The notes under the pieces were generated by a model. It did no database searches. It was not told where the DNA came from and was given only the letters and a program-made list of their open reading frames with translations. From positions 1 through 54,263 of the forward strand of contig CAZGPW010000038.1 in assembly GCA_964527535.1 (NCBI GenBank): a stretch of 54,263 nucleotides of DNA, given 5' to 3'. Of the stretch, positions 17,750-28,292 are shown piece by piece. This DNA is from an uncultured Bacteroidales bacterium. GTDB taxonomy: Bacteria > Bacteroidota > Bacteroidia > Bacteroidales > ML635J-15. Each line of letters begins with the position of its first letter. Within the stretch, counting starts at the first letter, position 1. A program made the translations under genes and the position numbers.

Positions 17750-19552
17750 CTAAAATGCATTCTTCTTTTTTGACAGGCACCCTCCGTTACCAATGGTTGC
17801 AGCTGTTTCTATCAAGGCCAGATGAGAATACGCCTGGGGGAAATTACCCAACAAGCGCTTGGTATCAAAATCCATATCTTCGCTGAATAAACCCAAATGA
17901 TTGGAATAGTCCAGCACATCTTCAAACATGGCTTGTGCCTGCTTCCTCTCTCCTATGCGATGAAGAGCCGTAATAAGCCAGAAAGTACATATCGTAAAAG
18001 CAGACTTTGGCCTTCCGAAATCATCTTCATTGCGGTATCTGTACATCAATCCGTTTCGACTCAAATGTTTTTGCGTAGCGTAAACCGTGGCTTTATATTT
18101 TTCATCACTGGCATCAATAAATCCATACGACTCCATCAACAGATTCGATGCATCCAAATCATTAGAACCATAAGATTGAGTAAACGCCAGTAATTTATCA
18201 TTCCAGGCATACTGCAAAATATCCGTTTTAATATCTTCCTTCAATTCAGTCCATTCTTTTACATACCCCGGCATGTTGATAATTTTTGCAATTTTCACTC
18301 CCCTGTCAGCAGCTACCCAACACAACACTTTTGAAAAGGTGAAATGCTTGTTATCCTTCCTGATCTCCCATATACCCCTGTCGGGTTCACGCCATGTTTT
18401 GGCAACAACCTTCATTATGCTGCGTGTTATGGTCCACAGCTCTTCCGAATTGGACATGTTTACATCAAACATTTCAAAAAGCTGATAGATGACATCCACC
18501 AACACACCAAAAATGTCATTCTGCTTTTGCTTATACGCTGCATTTCCGATTCTGACAGGTTTTGAGCCTTCATATCCGGCAAGATGATCCAGTTCTTTTT
18601 CGCTTAATTTCTTTTCTCCGTTGATGCCATACATAATCTGAATGGCTTCATCCTTTACCGGAACAAGGTTAATGATATAATTCATGTAACGGTGCGCCAC
18701 ATTGGAATGTCCCAGCGCCGAGAGAATTTTAATGGTCATGGAAGCATCCCGGAGCCAGCAAAAGCGGTAATCCCAGTTTCTCTCTTCACCAATGGTTTCA
18801 GGCAAGGAGGTGGTTACCGCTGCCAAAATCGCTCCGCTGGGATTGTAGCTCAGCAATTTGAGTACAAGCGCAGACCGCAATATCTCATTCTGATAATGCG
18901 GAAACTCTGTGGTTCTGTCCGACCAGTTCAGCCAGTAAACTTTTGTGCGCTCCATTTTCAGGTAAGTACGCTGAATGGTCTGTTCCTGCAATTTTTGATG
19001 ATAGGATAACAGAAAAAATTCATCTTTTTTTAAGGTGATGACATTACCATTGAGCACATCACGCTGATTGAAACTTGTGTATAAATAGGCTGAATCATAC
19101 TCGCCAGAATTGGAATATGATTTGATAAAATCAGGGTATAATGTATGTTTAGTCTCGCTTTGTGCATACACCAACGCCGGCTTATAATTGACCCTGAATG
19201 TTGGTTCACCTTTTAACAAACGAATGTACCTGATCACATCGGGTGGTGCATAATACTCTTTTTCCCCGCTCATGTAATACCGGGGCATAAAATCCACAAT
19301 TTCAAAACAATGCTTGTCATTGCAAAAATGCGTAATTAACAGGTTTGTTCGTTCCAGATATCGTTGTTTGACTTCATAATCGCCCTCTGGGACAATGGTA
19401 AATTCCCCTCCAGTGTCCTTATCCAGGATTTTGGCAAAAATTGATGCGCTGTCAAACTTGGGAAAACACAACCATTCAATACTTCCGGTTTCTGAAACTA
19501 AAGCTGCCGTCCGGCAGTTCCCTATCACACCGTAATTCAAATTATCCATCAT
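17750..19552 (-). CDS. Glycoside hydrolase family 15 (trehalase/glucoamylase-like)
   Basis: RNWDYRFCWLRD, GIWEIR, GLFSED, GNFPQAYSH; divergent from TPS/TPP. Confidence 0.93.
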   Translation of the reverse strand: MMDNLNYGVIGNCRTAALVSETGSIEWLCFPKFDSASIFAKILDKDTGGEFTIVPEGDYEVKQRYLERTNLLITHFCNDKHCFEIVDFMPRYYMSGEKEYYAPPDVIRYIRLLKGEPTFRVNYKPALVYAQSETKHTLYPDFIKSYSNSGEYDSAYLYTSFNQRDVLNGNVITLKKDEFFLLSYHQKLQEQTIQRTYLKMERTKVYWLNWSDRTTEFPHYQNEILRSALVLKLLSYNPSGAILAAVTTSLPETIGEERNWDYRFCWLRDASMTIKILSALGHSNVAHRYMNYIINLVPVKDEAIQIMYGINGEKKLSEKELDHLAGYEGSKPVRIGNAAYKQKQNDIFGVLVDVIYQLFEMFDVNMSNSEELWTITRSIMKVVAKTWREPDRGIWEIRKDNKHFTFSKVLCWVAADRGVKIAKIINMPGYVKEWTELKEDIKTDILQYAWNDKLLAFTQSYGSNDLDASNLLMESYGFIDASDEKYKATVYATQKHLSRNGLMYRYRNEDDFGRPKSAFTICTFWLITALHRIGERKQAQAMFEDVLDYSNHLGLFSEDMDFDTKRLLGNFPQAYSHLALIETAATIGNGGCLSKKKNAF

Positions 19553-19630
19553 CTCTACACTTACAATACATTAAATCTTTATTTGGCTGTTTGCAAAATT
19601 ATATGTATTTTATCGAAAATTTTAACAATT

Positions 19631-21838
19631 ATGCAAAGAATAATTATTGTTTCCAACAGATTACCGGTAAGTATTGATTTTAGCGGCGAAAAAGTTGACA
19701 TTACCCCTGGGATAGGAGGACTGGCAACAGGCATGAAATCTGTTCACCAGGACAGGGAAAGCTTATGGTTTGGATGGCCGCGGTATAGCCCTAACAACTT
19801 AAACAATAAGAAACTCGAAGAAACTGAAAATTTGCTTCGTGAAAACAAATGTGCCCCGGTGTATCTGCAGAAAAAAGACATTGACAATTATTATTATGGT
19901 TTTAGCAACCGCACACTGTGGCCGCTTTTCCATTATTTTATGCAATACACCGAGTACGAAACAGAATACTGGGAATCATACAAAAAAGTCAACCAAATTT
20001 TTGCAGATACCTTAGCCAAAGAAATCACTGAAGATGATATCGTCTGGGTACACGATTATCATTTATTGCTGTTGCCCGCTATGCTCAGGGAAAAATTTCC
20101 CAACTTGGGGATAGGTTTCTTTCTGCACATTCCTTTTCCTTCCTACGAAGTGTTCAGAATGTTACCGTGGCGCAACGAATTGATTGAAGGCATGCTGGGG
20201 GCAGATCTGCTGGGTTTTCATACTTACGATTATGAAAGGCACTTCAGGTCATGCGCACACCGTATTTTAGGCCATGACGCCGATTTCAATACCATAAAAA
20301 TGGATACCCGTGAGATCAAACTGGATGTGTTCCCCATGGGCATTGATTATGATTATTTTGAGAACGCAGCCAACGAAAAACGAAACCGTTCCGTTAAAGA
20401 CAAAACCGATATACAGCGTGATATTGACAGGTATTTTTTAAGTGCTCCTGACCGTAAACTCATTATTTCCATTGACAGGCTGGATTACAGTAAAGGCATA
20501 CCAAACCGCTTATGGGCTTTCGAACGCTTCCTTGAAAAATACCCCGAATACCGTGAAAAAGTGACACTTATGATGCTGGCTACGCCCACACGAAGCAATG
20601 TGCCTCAATACCAGAAAATGAAACAGGAAGTGGATGAGCTTGTAGGCAGGATCAATGGGCAATACGGTGGCATTAACTGGACGCCCATTTGGTATTTTTA
20701 CAGGGCTTTGCCACTGGACAGACTTATTGAATTGTACCTGGCTTCTGAAATTGCCCTCATCACACCGGTACGCGATGGCATGAACCTGGTTGCAAAAGAA
20801 TACCTGGCTTCAAAACCGGATAACAAAGGGGTGTTGATCCTTTCGGAAATGGCCGGGTCAGCCAAAGAAATGAGCGAAGCAATCATCATCAATCCAAACA
20901 ACATGGACGAAATTGCCGACAGCATTGTGGAAGCCATTAACATGCCGGCTGAAGAACAGGTAGAAAGAAATCTTATTTTAAAAAACAGGCTCAAACGGTA
21001 TAATGTCCATAAATGGGCAAACGACTTTTTAAGGGCACTGAAAGACCAGACAGCACACAAAGCTACCTACAAGCCCAAAAACATAAAAACCACCAAAGAT
21101 CAGATTTTTAAAAAATATAAAAAAGCAAATAAACGCATTTTGTTCATTGATTATGACGGGACACTGGTACATTTTAAAAAAGACCCGCAAAAAGCCGGCC
21201 CGGACAAAGATTTACACCTCCTGCTGGACAACCTCAGCGCTGATCCGAAAAACGAAGTGGTACTTGTTTCCGGCAGAGACAAAAACACCCTCGGCAATTG
21301 GTTTGGGAACGGGAAATACAAATTGGCGGCTGAACATGGTGCCTGGTTGTATAAAAACAACAAATGGCAAAAATTCAGGGAAATGAATGACGACTGGAAA
21401 GAAATTTTCGAACCCATCTTTCAGTGGTATGTGGACAGAACGCCCGGCAGTTTGTACGAAGAAAAGGATTACTCCCTTACCTGGCATTACCGCAATAGCG
21501 ATCCGGAACTGGGAAAAAACCGGAGCATTGAACTCAAAGATGAAATCACCAGCTTAATCGCCAACCACGACCTGGAAATCATGGAAGGGAAGAAAGTCGT
21601 AGAATTGAAAACGAGTGGCATCAACAAAGGGCAGGCTGCATTGTACCACATGGCTGAAAATTCGCATGATTTCATCATGGCCATAGGCGATGACTGGACA
21701 GATGAATACATGTTTCAGGAGCTTCCCAAAACCGCCCACACCATAAGGGTAGGTAGTATAAACACTGAAGCCCGCTATTTAATTGACAGCATAAACGATG
21801 TCAGGGAGTTTTTGAAAGATTTGAGCAAACAGAAATAA
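19631..21838 (+). CDS. Bifunctional trehalose-6-phosphate synthase/phosphatase
   Basis: VSNRLP, WVHDYHL, FFLHIPFP, DRLDYSKG, DGMNLVAKE; HAD domain DYDGTL, GDDWTDE; start set at ATG 19631. Confidence 0.96.
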   Translation: MQRIIIVSNRLPVSIDFSGEKVDITPGIGGLATGMKSVHQDRESLWFGWPRYSPNNLNNKKLEETENLLRENKCAPVYLQKKDIDNYYYGFSNRTLWPLFHYFMQYTEYETEYWESYKKVNQIFADTLAKEITEDDIVWVHDYHLLLLPAMLREKFPNLGIGFFLHIPFPSYEVFRMLPWRNELIEGMLGADLLGFHTYDYERHFRSCAHRILGHDADFNTIKMDTREIKLDVFPMGIDYDYFENAANEKRNRSVKDKTDIQRDIDRYFLSAPDRKLIISIDRLDYSKGIPNRLWAFERFLEKYPEYREKVTLMMLATPTRSNVPQYQKMKQEVDELVGRINGQYGGINWTPIWYFYRALPLDRLIELYLASEIALITPVRDGMNLVAKEYLASKPDNKGVLILSEMAGSAKEMSEAIIINPNNMDEIADSIVEAINMPAEEQVERNLILKNRLKRYNVHKWANDFLRALKDQTAHKATYKPKNIKTTKDQIFKKYKKANKRILFIDYDGTLVHFKKDPQKAGPDKDLHLLLDNLSADPKNEVVLVSGRDKNTLGNWFGNGKYKLAAEHGAWLYKNNKWQKFREMNDDWKEIFEPIFQWYVDRTPGSLYEEKDYSLTWHYRNSDPELGKNRSIELKDEITSLIANHDLEIMEGKKVVELKTSGINKGQAALYHMAENSHDFIMAIGDDWTDEYMFQELPKTAHTIRVGSINTEARYLIDSINDVREFLKDLSKQK

Positions 21839-21870
21839 TAACTGTAACTACTCAGCATTGGATAAACTAT

Positions 21871-22031
21871 GGAACACTGATATTAATTTCTGTAGTGCTG
21901 CAATTTATAAATAACTAAAATAAAGACCGAAGTCAGAAGTAGAGCATACATTATAAAATACCTTCCGACTACAGCCTGCGAAATGATTAATTCCCATTAT
22001 TTTATCATAAAATCAGCGTTATCCGTGTTCT
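21871..22031. repeat. Degenerate nested repeat remnants
   Basis: GGAACACTGAT...ATCAGCGTTATCCGTGTTC (GxxExxY-flank type) enclosing AGACCGAAGTCAGAAGT...CTTCCGACT (heptamer type). Confidence 0.45.
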
Positions 22032-22131
22032 ATTCTTTTAACCAATGACGAGTCTGTCCTTTAAAACATTAGTTAACCAGAAAGAATAATTTCACCATCA
22101 GCAATTCAGAAAAATTTTGCAACTTTGTACC

Positions 22132-23394
22132 ATGCAAAACAGTTATCAACCCTTGGCAGAACGGCTCAGGCCTAAAGCGTTAGATGAATTATACGGACAG
22201 GAACACCTTACTGGCGATGAAGCGGCATTGAGAAAAGCCATGAAAACCGGTAAAATCCCGTCCATGATACTGTGGGGACCTCCCGGCTCGGGAAAAACCA
22301 GCCTGGCCAGAATGATCACAGGAAAAGACCGTGCTTTTTATACACTGAGTGCCGTGAGCTCGGGAGTAAAAGATGTGCGCAACACCATCAAAAAAGCGGA
22401 ATCCGGACGCATGTTTAACCCTGAACCACCCGTGTTGTTTATTGATGAAATACACCGCTTCAGCAAATCCCAGCAGGATTCCCTCCTGGCGGCTGTCGAA
22501 AACGGCACGCTGGTATTGATTGGCGCCACCACAGAAAACCCGGCATTTGAAGTGATAACTCCCCTCCTTTCCAGGGCCCAGGTGTATGTACTCAAACCTT
22601 TGGATGAAAAAGCACTGGATAAACTCTCAGAACGTGCATTGCAGGAAGATAAGGAATTGAAGGAGCAAGACATACACATAGAAGAAAAAAAAGCCCTGTA
22701 CCGGTTTTCCGGCGGAGATGCACGCAAATTACTCAACATTATCGAACTGCTGGTCAACACAACAGAAGAGCGTCCGCTTATAATTACCGATGAGCTTGTG
22801 GTGAAACGCCTCCAGGAAAACACCACCACTTATGATAAAGCCGGGGAACAGCATTACGACATCATTTCCGCTTTCATCAAATCCATTAGGGGATCAGCCC
22901 CTGACGCAGCGGTATATTGGCTGGCACGTATGCTCGATGGTGGTGAAAAACCGGAATTCATTGCACGCCGCCTGATCATTCTCGCTGCCGAAGACATTGG
23001 GCTGGCCAACCCCAACGCTCTCAACATCGCCAATGCATGTTTTGATGCCATTCATAAAATAGGGATGCCGGAAGCCAGAATAGTGTTATCGGAATGTGCC
23101 ATTTACCTTGCCTCAAGCGCCAAAAGCAACTCTGCATACCTGGCCATTGATAAAGCCCTGGATTACGTTCGGAATCACCAGCCTTCCCCCGTCCCGCTCC
23201 ACCTCAGAAACGCTCCCGCTAAACTGATGAAAGACCTGAATTACGGCAAAAACTACAAATATCCACACGATTTTTCCGGCAATTTTGTCCATCAACAATA
23301 CCTCCCCGATGATGTCAAAAACATCATTTTCTTTGAACCTGGCAACAACCCCACCGAAAACAAAATAAAAGACAAGTTCAGGAAGATGACGTGA
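22132..23394 (+). CDS. rarA: Replication-associated recombination protein A (AAA+)
   Basis: PLAERLRP, LWGPPGSGKT, FIDEIHRF, GATTENP, HYDIISAFIKSIRGS, VPLHLRNAP. Confidence 0.96.
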   Translation: MQNSYQPLAERLRPKALDELYGQEHLTGDEAALRKAMKTGKIPSMILWGPPGSGKTSLARMITGKDRAFYTLSAVSSGVKDVRNTIKKAESGRMFNPEPPVLFIDEIHRFSKSQQDSLLAAVENGTLVLIGATTENPAFEVITPLLSRAQVYVLKPLDEKALDKLSERALQEDKELKEQDIHIEEKKALYRFSGGDARKLLNIIELLVNTTEERPLIITDELVVKRLQENTTTYDKAGEQHYDIISAFIKSIRGSAPDAAVYWLARMLDGGEKPEFIARRLIILAAEDIGLANPNALNIANACFDAIHKIGMPEARIVLSECAIYLASSAKSNSAYLAIDKALDYVRNHQPSPVPLHLRNAPAKLMKDLNYGKNYKYPHDFSGNFVHQQYLPDDVKNIIFFEPGNNPTENKIKDKFRKMT

Positions 23395-23472
23395 TAACGG
23401 GAAGGCCTGGGAACCTGTGGTTTTAGGAATGATTTTACCCGGATTCCCAGGTCGTTGCGTTTACTCAAATCA

Positions 23473-24396
23473 TCATTTCTTTTTGGAAAAAATTGACCTC
23501 CAGTTAAATGGCTTTTTCTCCTTTGGATTATGGATATATTCTGCCATATATGTATCAATACAGTAATCAGCCCTGCACTTTCTATCCTTTGAAGCCGGCT
23601 TAAAGCTTCCGTCAAATAAATTGCCATGCTTTACCATATCCGAACGGCATTTGTAAATGTTTCCCTCAATATCCGTTGTGAAATATTTATGTCCGGCTTC
23701 ACATGGTATCCCTTTATATTTAGCGTTACATCTCAATATGTCCTCTTCCCGCCTGTACATTGCCAATTTCGAAATCAGTTGTATCTGATCTTCAGTGTAC
23801 GCTTCAGGATATTGCTTCCCATTATAATTTCCTAAAAACGTAAAAGCCGTCATGTTTTGAATGCCACTACTTTTCAAATAGTTAAAATCATCCTCAATAC
23901 GATGTAACAGTGGCGGCCACGTAACATAGTTCACCACTATCCGGTACCCTTTTTGTTGCAGGAACAGGCATTTTTCGATGAATTTTTTAAATTCAGGATC
24001 CACTTTTTCGCGTTGAGGCACATGAAGAGAGGCACTGATAACCATGACCTTTTCCGGTGACACATAATCCGGGAATTTAAAAACCGAGTCAGGGGTTAAA
24101 TTTGTGGATATTTGCAAGTGGTGATTCCTTGTCAGTTCTCCGGATAATTCCAGAAACTTAGGCATCAAGAACGGCTCCCCCCCTGCTAACATTATCAGCC
24201 AATTTAAGCCTGTGTTATTGAAACACTCCGCAATAAATTCAGGGGAATATGTTTTTGTTATATATTGCGCCGGAGGGCTTTTGTCCATGTAGCAGTACGG
24301 ACAATTGAAATTACAAAAATCAGAAATGGTCCAGAATATTTTATTATCATATTCCGGATTGTTAAATATATCCAATGTGAATTTAGTGTCCTGCAT
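23473..24396 (-). CDS. Radical SAM protein with C-terminal twitch/SPASM-like Cys motif
   Basis: CNFNCPYC, GGEP, STN; CEAG..GNIYKC..C..C; close paralog of 44921..45826. Confidence 0.9.
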   Translation of the reverse strand: MQDTKFTLDIFNNPEYDNKIFWTISDFCNFNCPYCYMDKSPPAQYITKTYSPEFIAECFNNTGLNWLIMLAGGEPFLMPKFLELSGELTRNHHLQISTNLTPDSVFKFPDYVSPEKVMVISASLHVPQREKVDPEFKKFIEKCLFLQQKGYRIVVNYVTWPPLLHRIEDDFNYLKSSGIQNMTAFTFLGNYNGKQYPEAYTEDQIQLISKLAMYRREEDILRCNAKYKGIPCEAGHKYFTTDIEGNIYKCRSDMVKHGNLFDGSFKPASKDRKCRADYCIDTYMAEYIHNPKEKKPFNWRSIFSKKK

Positions 24397-24413
24397 GTTT
24401 TCAGTTAAAATTG

Positions 24414-25847
24414 TCAGGTTTTAGCAAAATTGATTATCTGTTTGACATTTTTTTCATTTTCAGCAAAATACAATGCATTGATGAAATAAGACTTCTGCAT
24501 TAACAGGTTGTGAAAAAATGTTTTACGCTCCTGCCGGGATAATTTGCCTTCTATGATTACGGAATTAATCAGTTGTATTTTGGTGAATAAATGTTTCTCA
24601 TTGTGTATTTCTGACAACAGGTTATTCTTGTTCATCCGGTGACAGGCTTTAAGTTCTTCATCAATAAAATCAAAAATAATGCTTTCTGTAATATCCGGAT
24701 AATTGCTTTCAAACTCCAATGCCGTTTTATACCATATATCTACCTGATCTTTCAGGGTATTGTACCCATTGATATTAAATCTCTGTATATAGGTATCAGC
24801 CGAAAAAGAGAAATTATCGAGGTATTGATAAATTTCCAGCAATTTTTTTGGCTCCAATGACCAGATGGCACATGATGAGGGATTCCATACCCTGTTGTAA
24901 ACCAAACCGGCATTTAGCTTATTGGCAAATTTAAGCATGTCAGGAATTTCGTCCCAATTTTGTTGCATGGGACAAAAAGACAGAAAAAAATTAGTGTGAT
25001 TTGTATTACAGTAGTCTCGAAAATAATATAAGTTATCCATCACCGTTTCAAAATTGGCATGCTTCCGGATACGCTCAAACCGTTCTTTCTGCAATGAATC
25101 TATCGACACATTAATGTTAAAGTTCCCTTCTTGAAGTGCATTTTTTACTTTTTGATTGAGGATGGTTCCATTGGTAGTGATATCAATGTGGCATTCCGGA
25201 TTGATGTTTTTAATCTCATGCCAGATGTCATAATAAATGGGAATTAAAAACGGTTCACCACCAAAAAAGAAGGTATGTTTCAGGTAAGGGATAAAGGGTT
25301 TCAGTTCACGTACAAAATTGGCATTGTACGGATTATCATGCCCGTGGATATTTTGTTGTTTTGCAATTAATGAAGAATTTTCCGGCGAACACATAATGCA
25401 TTCCAGGTTGCATGTGTTATCAAGGTAAAATTCCATTGAAACCGGAAAATCAGGATTGGCCTTATGTTGGTCATATACATTGGCATAAGACACATCGTAA
25501 TTTTTTTCCAACACTTGTGTATAACACAAATTACAAGCCGGAGCCAACAGTTTGTTTTTAACCAGTGCCCGTATTTTATCAGCGGTATCGCTTTGCCACA
25601 ATTGCCTGATTGATTTTTCAGGATATTTCCCATAATTCACCACAAAACTTTCCGCGTAACAACTCGACACTTCCCCATTGATGCCGAAAAATAAATTTTT
25701 AAACGGGGCAAAACAAAGCCTGTTTTTGTGCTTGTTTTTCAGGTAATTTCTGACAGCAGGATTTGATGTATCAAGCGTTTTACCGGTGTTCCCAACAAAG
25801 CGTGAATAAAATTGTATATACAGGTTATATGGATGTTTTTTACGCAT
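24414..25847 (-). CDS. Radical SAM protein with N-terminal twitch/SPASM domain
   Basis: CFAPF..GEVSSC..CNLC, then CNLECIMC, GGEP, TTNGT, SIDS. Confidence 0.88.
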   Translation of the reverse strand: MRKKHPYNLYIQFYSRFVGNTGKTLDTSNPAVRNYLKNKHKNRLCFAPFKNLFFGINGEVSSCYAESFVVNYGKYPEKSIRQLWQSDTADKIRALVKNKLLAPACNLCYTQVLEKNYDVSYANVYDQHKANPDFPVSMEFYLDNTCNLECIMCSPENSSLIAKQQNIHGHDNPYNANFVRELKPFIPYLKHTFFFGGEPFLIPIYYDIWHEIKNINPECHIDITTNGTILNQKVKNALQEGNFNINVSIDSLQKERFERIRKHANFETVMDNLYYFRDYCNTNHTNFFLSFCPMQQNWDEIPDMLKFANKLNAGLVYNRVWNPSSCAIWSLEPKKLLEIYQYLDNFSFSADTYIQRFNINGYNTLKDQVDIWYKTALEFESNYPDITESIIFDFIDEELKACHRMNKNNLLSEIHNEKHLFTKIQLINSVIIEGKLSRQERKTFFHNLLMQKSYFINALYFAENEKNVKQIINFAKT

Positions 25848-25865
25848 TTTATCCTTAAAACAAAA

Positions 25866-26825
25866 TCATGAAATATGCAGCTTACTTAATACTTTCTTTG
25901 CCAACGACTCGTTTTTCTTTTTCCTGGCATAAAGCATGCACTGATAAGGGCATAAGCTTTCTTTCTCTTTACATACTTTCGGCTTGCTAGCAGGGTCAAA
26001 ACTGTCATCGAAAAAATTACCGTGGGTTACATTGCTATTTTCACAGCGTTGTGCTATTCCATGCTCATTAATGTAAAAAGACCGTTGTCCCGCATAACAC
26101 AAATTCCCTCTGAATTTCATTTCAGGGGCGTTATCACCCAAATCATATTCAGGCAAATAATGGTTGTTAAGGTAAGCTTTTTCGACATCGTTATAAGCAT
26201 CAGGGTACATTTTATCATTGTACGGGCCGTAAAAGGGTTTCAAAGTAATTTTATCAATGCCGTTGGATTTAAAAAACTCAAAATCCTCATTTACCCTGTC
26301 AATAAGCGGGGGATAAAAAACATACGAAACAAAAAACAAAATACCTGCCGACTTCAGAAGTTCTATTTTTTTAAGAAAATCCTTGTAGCCTTTATCAATT
26401 TTTTCCCTTTCTTCTACATGAACGGCGATATTCATGCCTATTTTACTGGTGTTTACCCTTTCAACCAATTCCGCTAATTTATGGTAACTTAAGCTCAAAT
26501 TGGTATTTACAAACAGAGTGTGTTTTTCAGATAAGTTCTCAAAAATATCAATTATATCATGTTTTAACAAGGGTTCTCCGCCGGTAACAATAATGTGCCA
26601 TTTTTTTCCTTCCCTGTTGAAACCTTTCACCATCGTATCGACATCAAATGCGGGCTCCGGCGCGTTGCTGGCAAAACCGCAGTATTTACATTTAAAATTA
26701 CACTTACGGGTCACACACCAAATTATAACATCCTCATTATCATCCAAATATTCTTCTGAAAAAGATTTTTCACCAAGTTGTTTAAAATGGATAAGATTAT
26801 CGTGGAGTTTGATTAAATTTTTCAT
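25866..26825 (-). CDS. Radical SAM protein with C-terminal twitch/SPASM-like Cys motif
   Basis: CNFKCKYC, TGGEP, NTNL; CYAG..GIAQRC..C..C..C; paralogous to 23473 and 44921. Confidence 0.9.
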   Translation of the reverse strand: MKNLIKLHDNLIHFKQLGEKSFSEEYLDDNEDVIIWCVTRKCNFKCKYCGFASNAPEPAFDVDTMVKGFNREGKKWHIIVTGGEPLLKHDIIDIFENLSEKHTLFVNTNLSLSYHKLAELVERVNTSKIGMNIAVHVEEREKIDKGYKDFLKKIELLKSAGILFFVSYVFYPPLIDRVNEDFEFFKSNGIDKITLKPFYGPYNDKMYPDAYNDVEKAYLNNHYLPEYDLGDNAPEMKFRGNLCYAGQRSFYINEHGIAQRCENSNVTHGNFFDDSFDPASKPKVCKEKESLCPYQCMLYARKKKNESLAKKVLSKLHIS

Positions 26826-26916
26826 ACATGCATTCTGATTCTAATTCATTCGTTAGATGTAAATACAAAATTACTCAATTTTAATGGAAATCTGAATCAA
26901 CCCCGGGAACTTTGTA

Positions 26917-28161
26917 TCACACATCACCTCGAATGATTGGTGTTTTGAGATTGTGCAAAATCTGTTTTGTTCTCAAAAGCCTTTCCTGTAGTACCTCATC
27001 AGTAACTTTGGGAAATATTTTTGATGATGGTCGTTTCTTAAATTCCGAGTACGCTGAAACAGTCACGCAATCAAACCGCATTTTTTCTAATAAATCCAGT
27101 GCTTTATTAAAATCTTCATCTGACTCAGAAGGAAAACCCACAATCAACATGGCATTGATTTTTATACCCGGGTTGGTTTTTCTCAATACCTCAAGGTTTT
27201 TTACTACATCAATAATTTTGTAGTGCCGGTTCATGAGTTTAAGAATTCTATCGCTTCCATGCTCAACAGATAGTGTTATTTCCCATATTTTCTTTGATTT
27301 GATAAACGGAACAATATTATCCTGATGTTCCACTAACCATGCCGGATGAACGCCTTCCAATGACCATCTCACATGGTATCCTGTATCAATAACAGATAAG
27401 CTTTTCAGTAATTCATGCAACGAACCATGCATATCCAAACCGTAAGAACAGATGTCCTCGGCAACAAAATGAAAAATTCTATATCCTTGTTTCAGCAAGT
27501 TTGCGTATTCATCCCGAATAACAGAAGGGGATTTACTTTTCAATTTTCCTACTGCCTCTTTGATGTTGCAATAAGAACAATTGTTTGAACAACCTGAACA
27601 AATTTTCAAAAAACATGGTTCTGATGTGATTGCCTGCCTGTTTACCTTAACAAACTGCTTATAATCCCTGTGCCGGTGAAGCCGCCTTATAAATGTATTT
27701 GAAAGCCCATGTTTAAACAGCAATTGAACAAAAGAGGCATTGGGATGCATATCAAGAAAAACATAATTTCCAAAATCATACGTGTGCACTTCTGGAACGT
27801 CATTGAACTTTATTCTAAAATCCGGGAAATACGTATCAATGGTTTCAATGTGCTTGGTAGAAACTGTTTTGCCTGAAAAAACAGCATTCAACTCTTTTTG
27901 ATTTGCTCCCGGCATACACCCCATAACAATAAGTTCGCATCCTGATTTTTGTAATTCTTTTATGGTTTCAAGCTCTTTCTGAACCATAGACATTGTGGCT
28001 GCGCAGGTAATGTATAAATAATAATCGGCATTTTTCTGGGAATCAATTATTTTGAAATTATTTAAGGTAAAATAATTCCTGAGTTTTATGGCATCAAGTA
28101 TCCGCAACGGACAATCAAATGCCGTGGAAATATAGACCTTATTTTTTTTATCTTTCATCAT
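26917..28161 (-). CDS. Methylthiotransferase-like radical SAM protein (UPF0004 + rSAM, no TRAM)
   Basis: CPLR..D, ITC, MGCMP; LKICSGCSNNCSYC, EDICSYG, HGSDRILKLMNR, IVGFPSE; start reassigned to 28161. Confidence 0.85.
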   Translation of the reverse strand: MMKDKKNKVYISTAFDCPLRILDAIKLRNYFTLNNFKIIDSQKNADYYLYITCAATMSMVQKELETIKELQKSGCELIVMGCMPGANQKELNAVFSGKTVSTKHIETIDTYFPDFRIKFNDVPEVHTYDFGNYVFLDMHPNASFVQLLFKHGLSNTFIRRLHRHRDYKQFVKVNRQAITSEPCFLKICSGCSNNCSYCNIKEAVGKLKSKSPSVIRDEYANLLKQGYRIFHFVAEDICSYGLDMHGSLHELLKSLSVIDTGYHVRWSLEGVHPAWLVEHQDNIVPFIKSKKIWEITLSVEHGSDRILKLMNRHYKIIDVVKNLEVLRKTNPGIKINAMLIVGFPSESDEDFNKALDLLEKMRFDCVTVSAYSEFKKRPSSKIFPKVTDEVLQERLLRTKQILHNLKTPIIRGDV

Positions 28162-28238
28162 TAAAACAACCAACAAGTTGGGTTTTCTATTGTTTACATC
28201 CTGTTCTGAGACAAACCATAATGTACATTTTATTATCA

Positions 28239-28273
28239 GAAGCCGGAAGTCTGATGTCCGGACTTCCGGCTTC
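28239..28273. repeat. 13-bp perfect hairpin built from GAAGTC/GACTTC heptamer-type units
   Basis: GAAGCCGGAAGTC-9nt-GACTTCCGGCTTC. Confidence 0.7.
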
Positions 28274-28292
28274 ATAGACACACAATTTAAAT

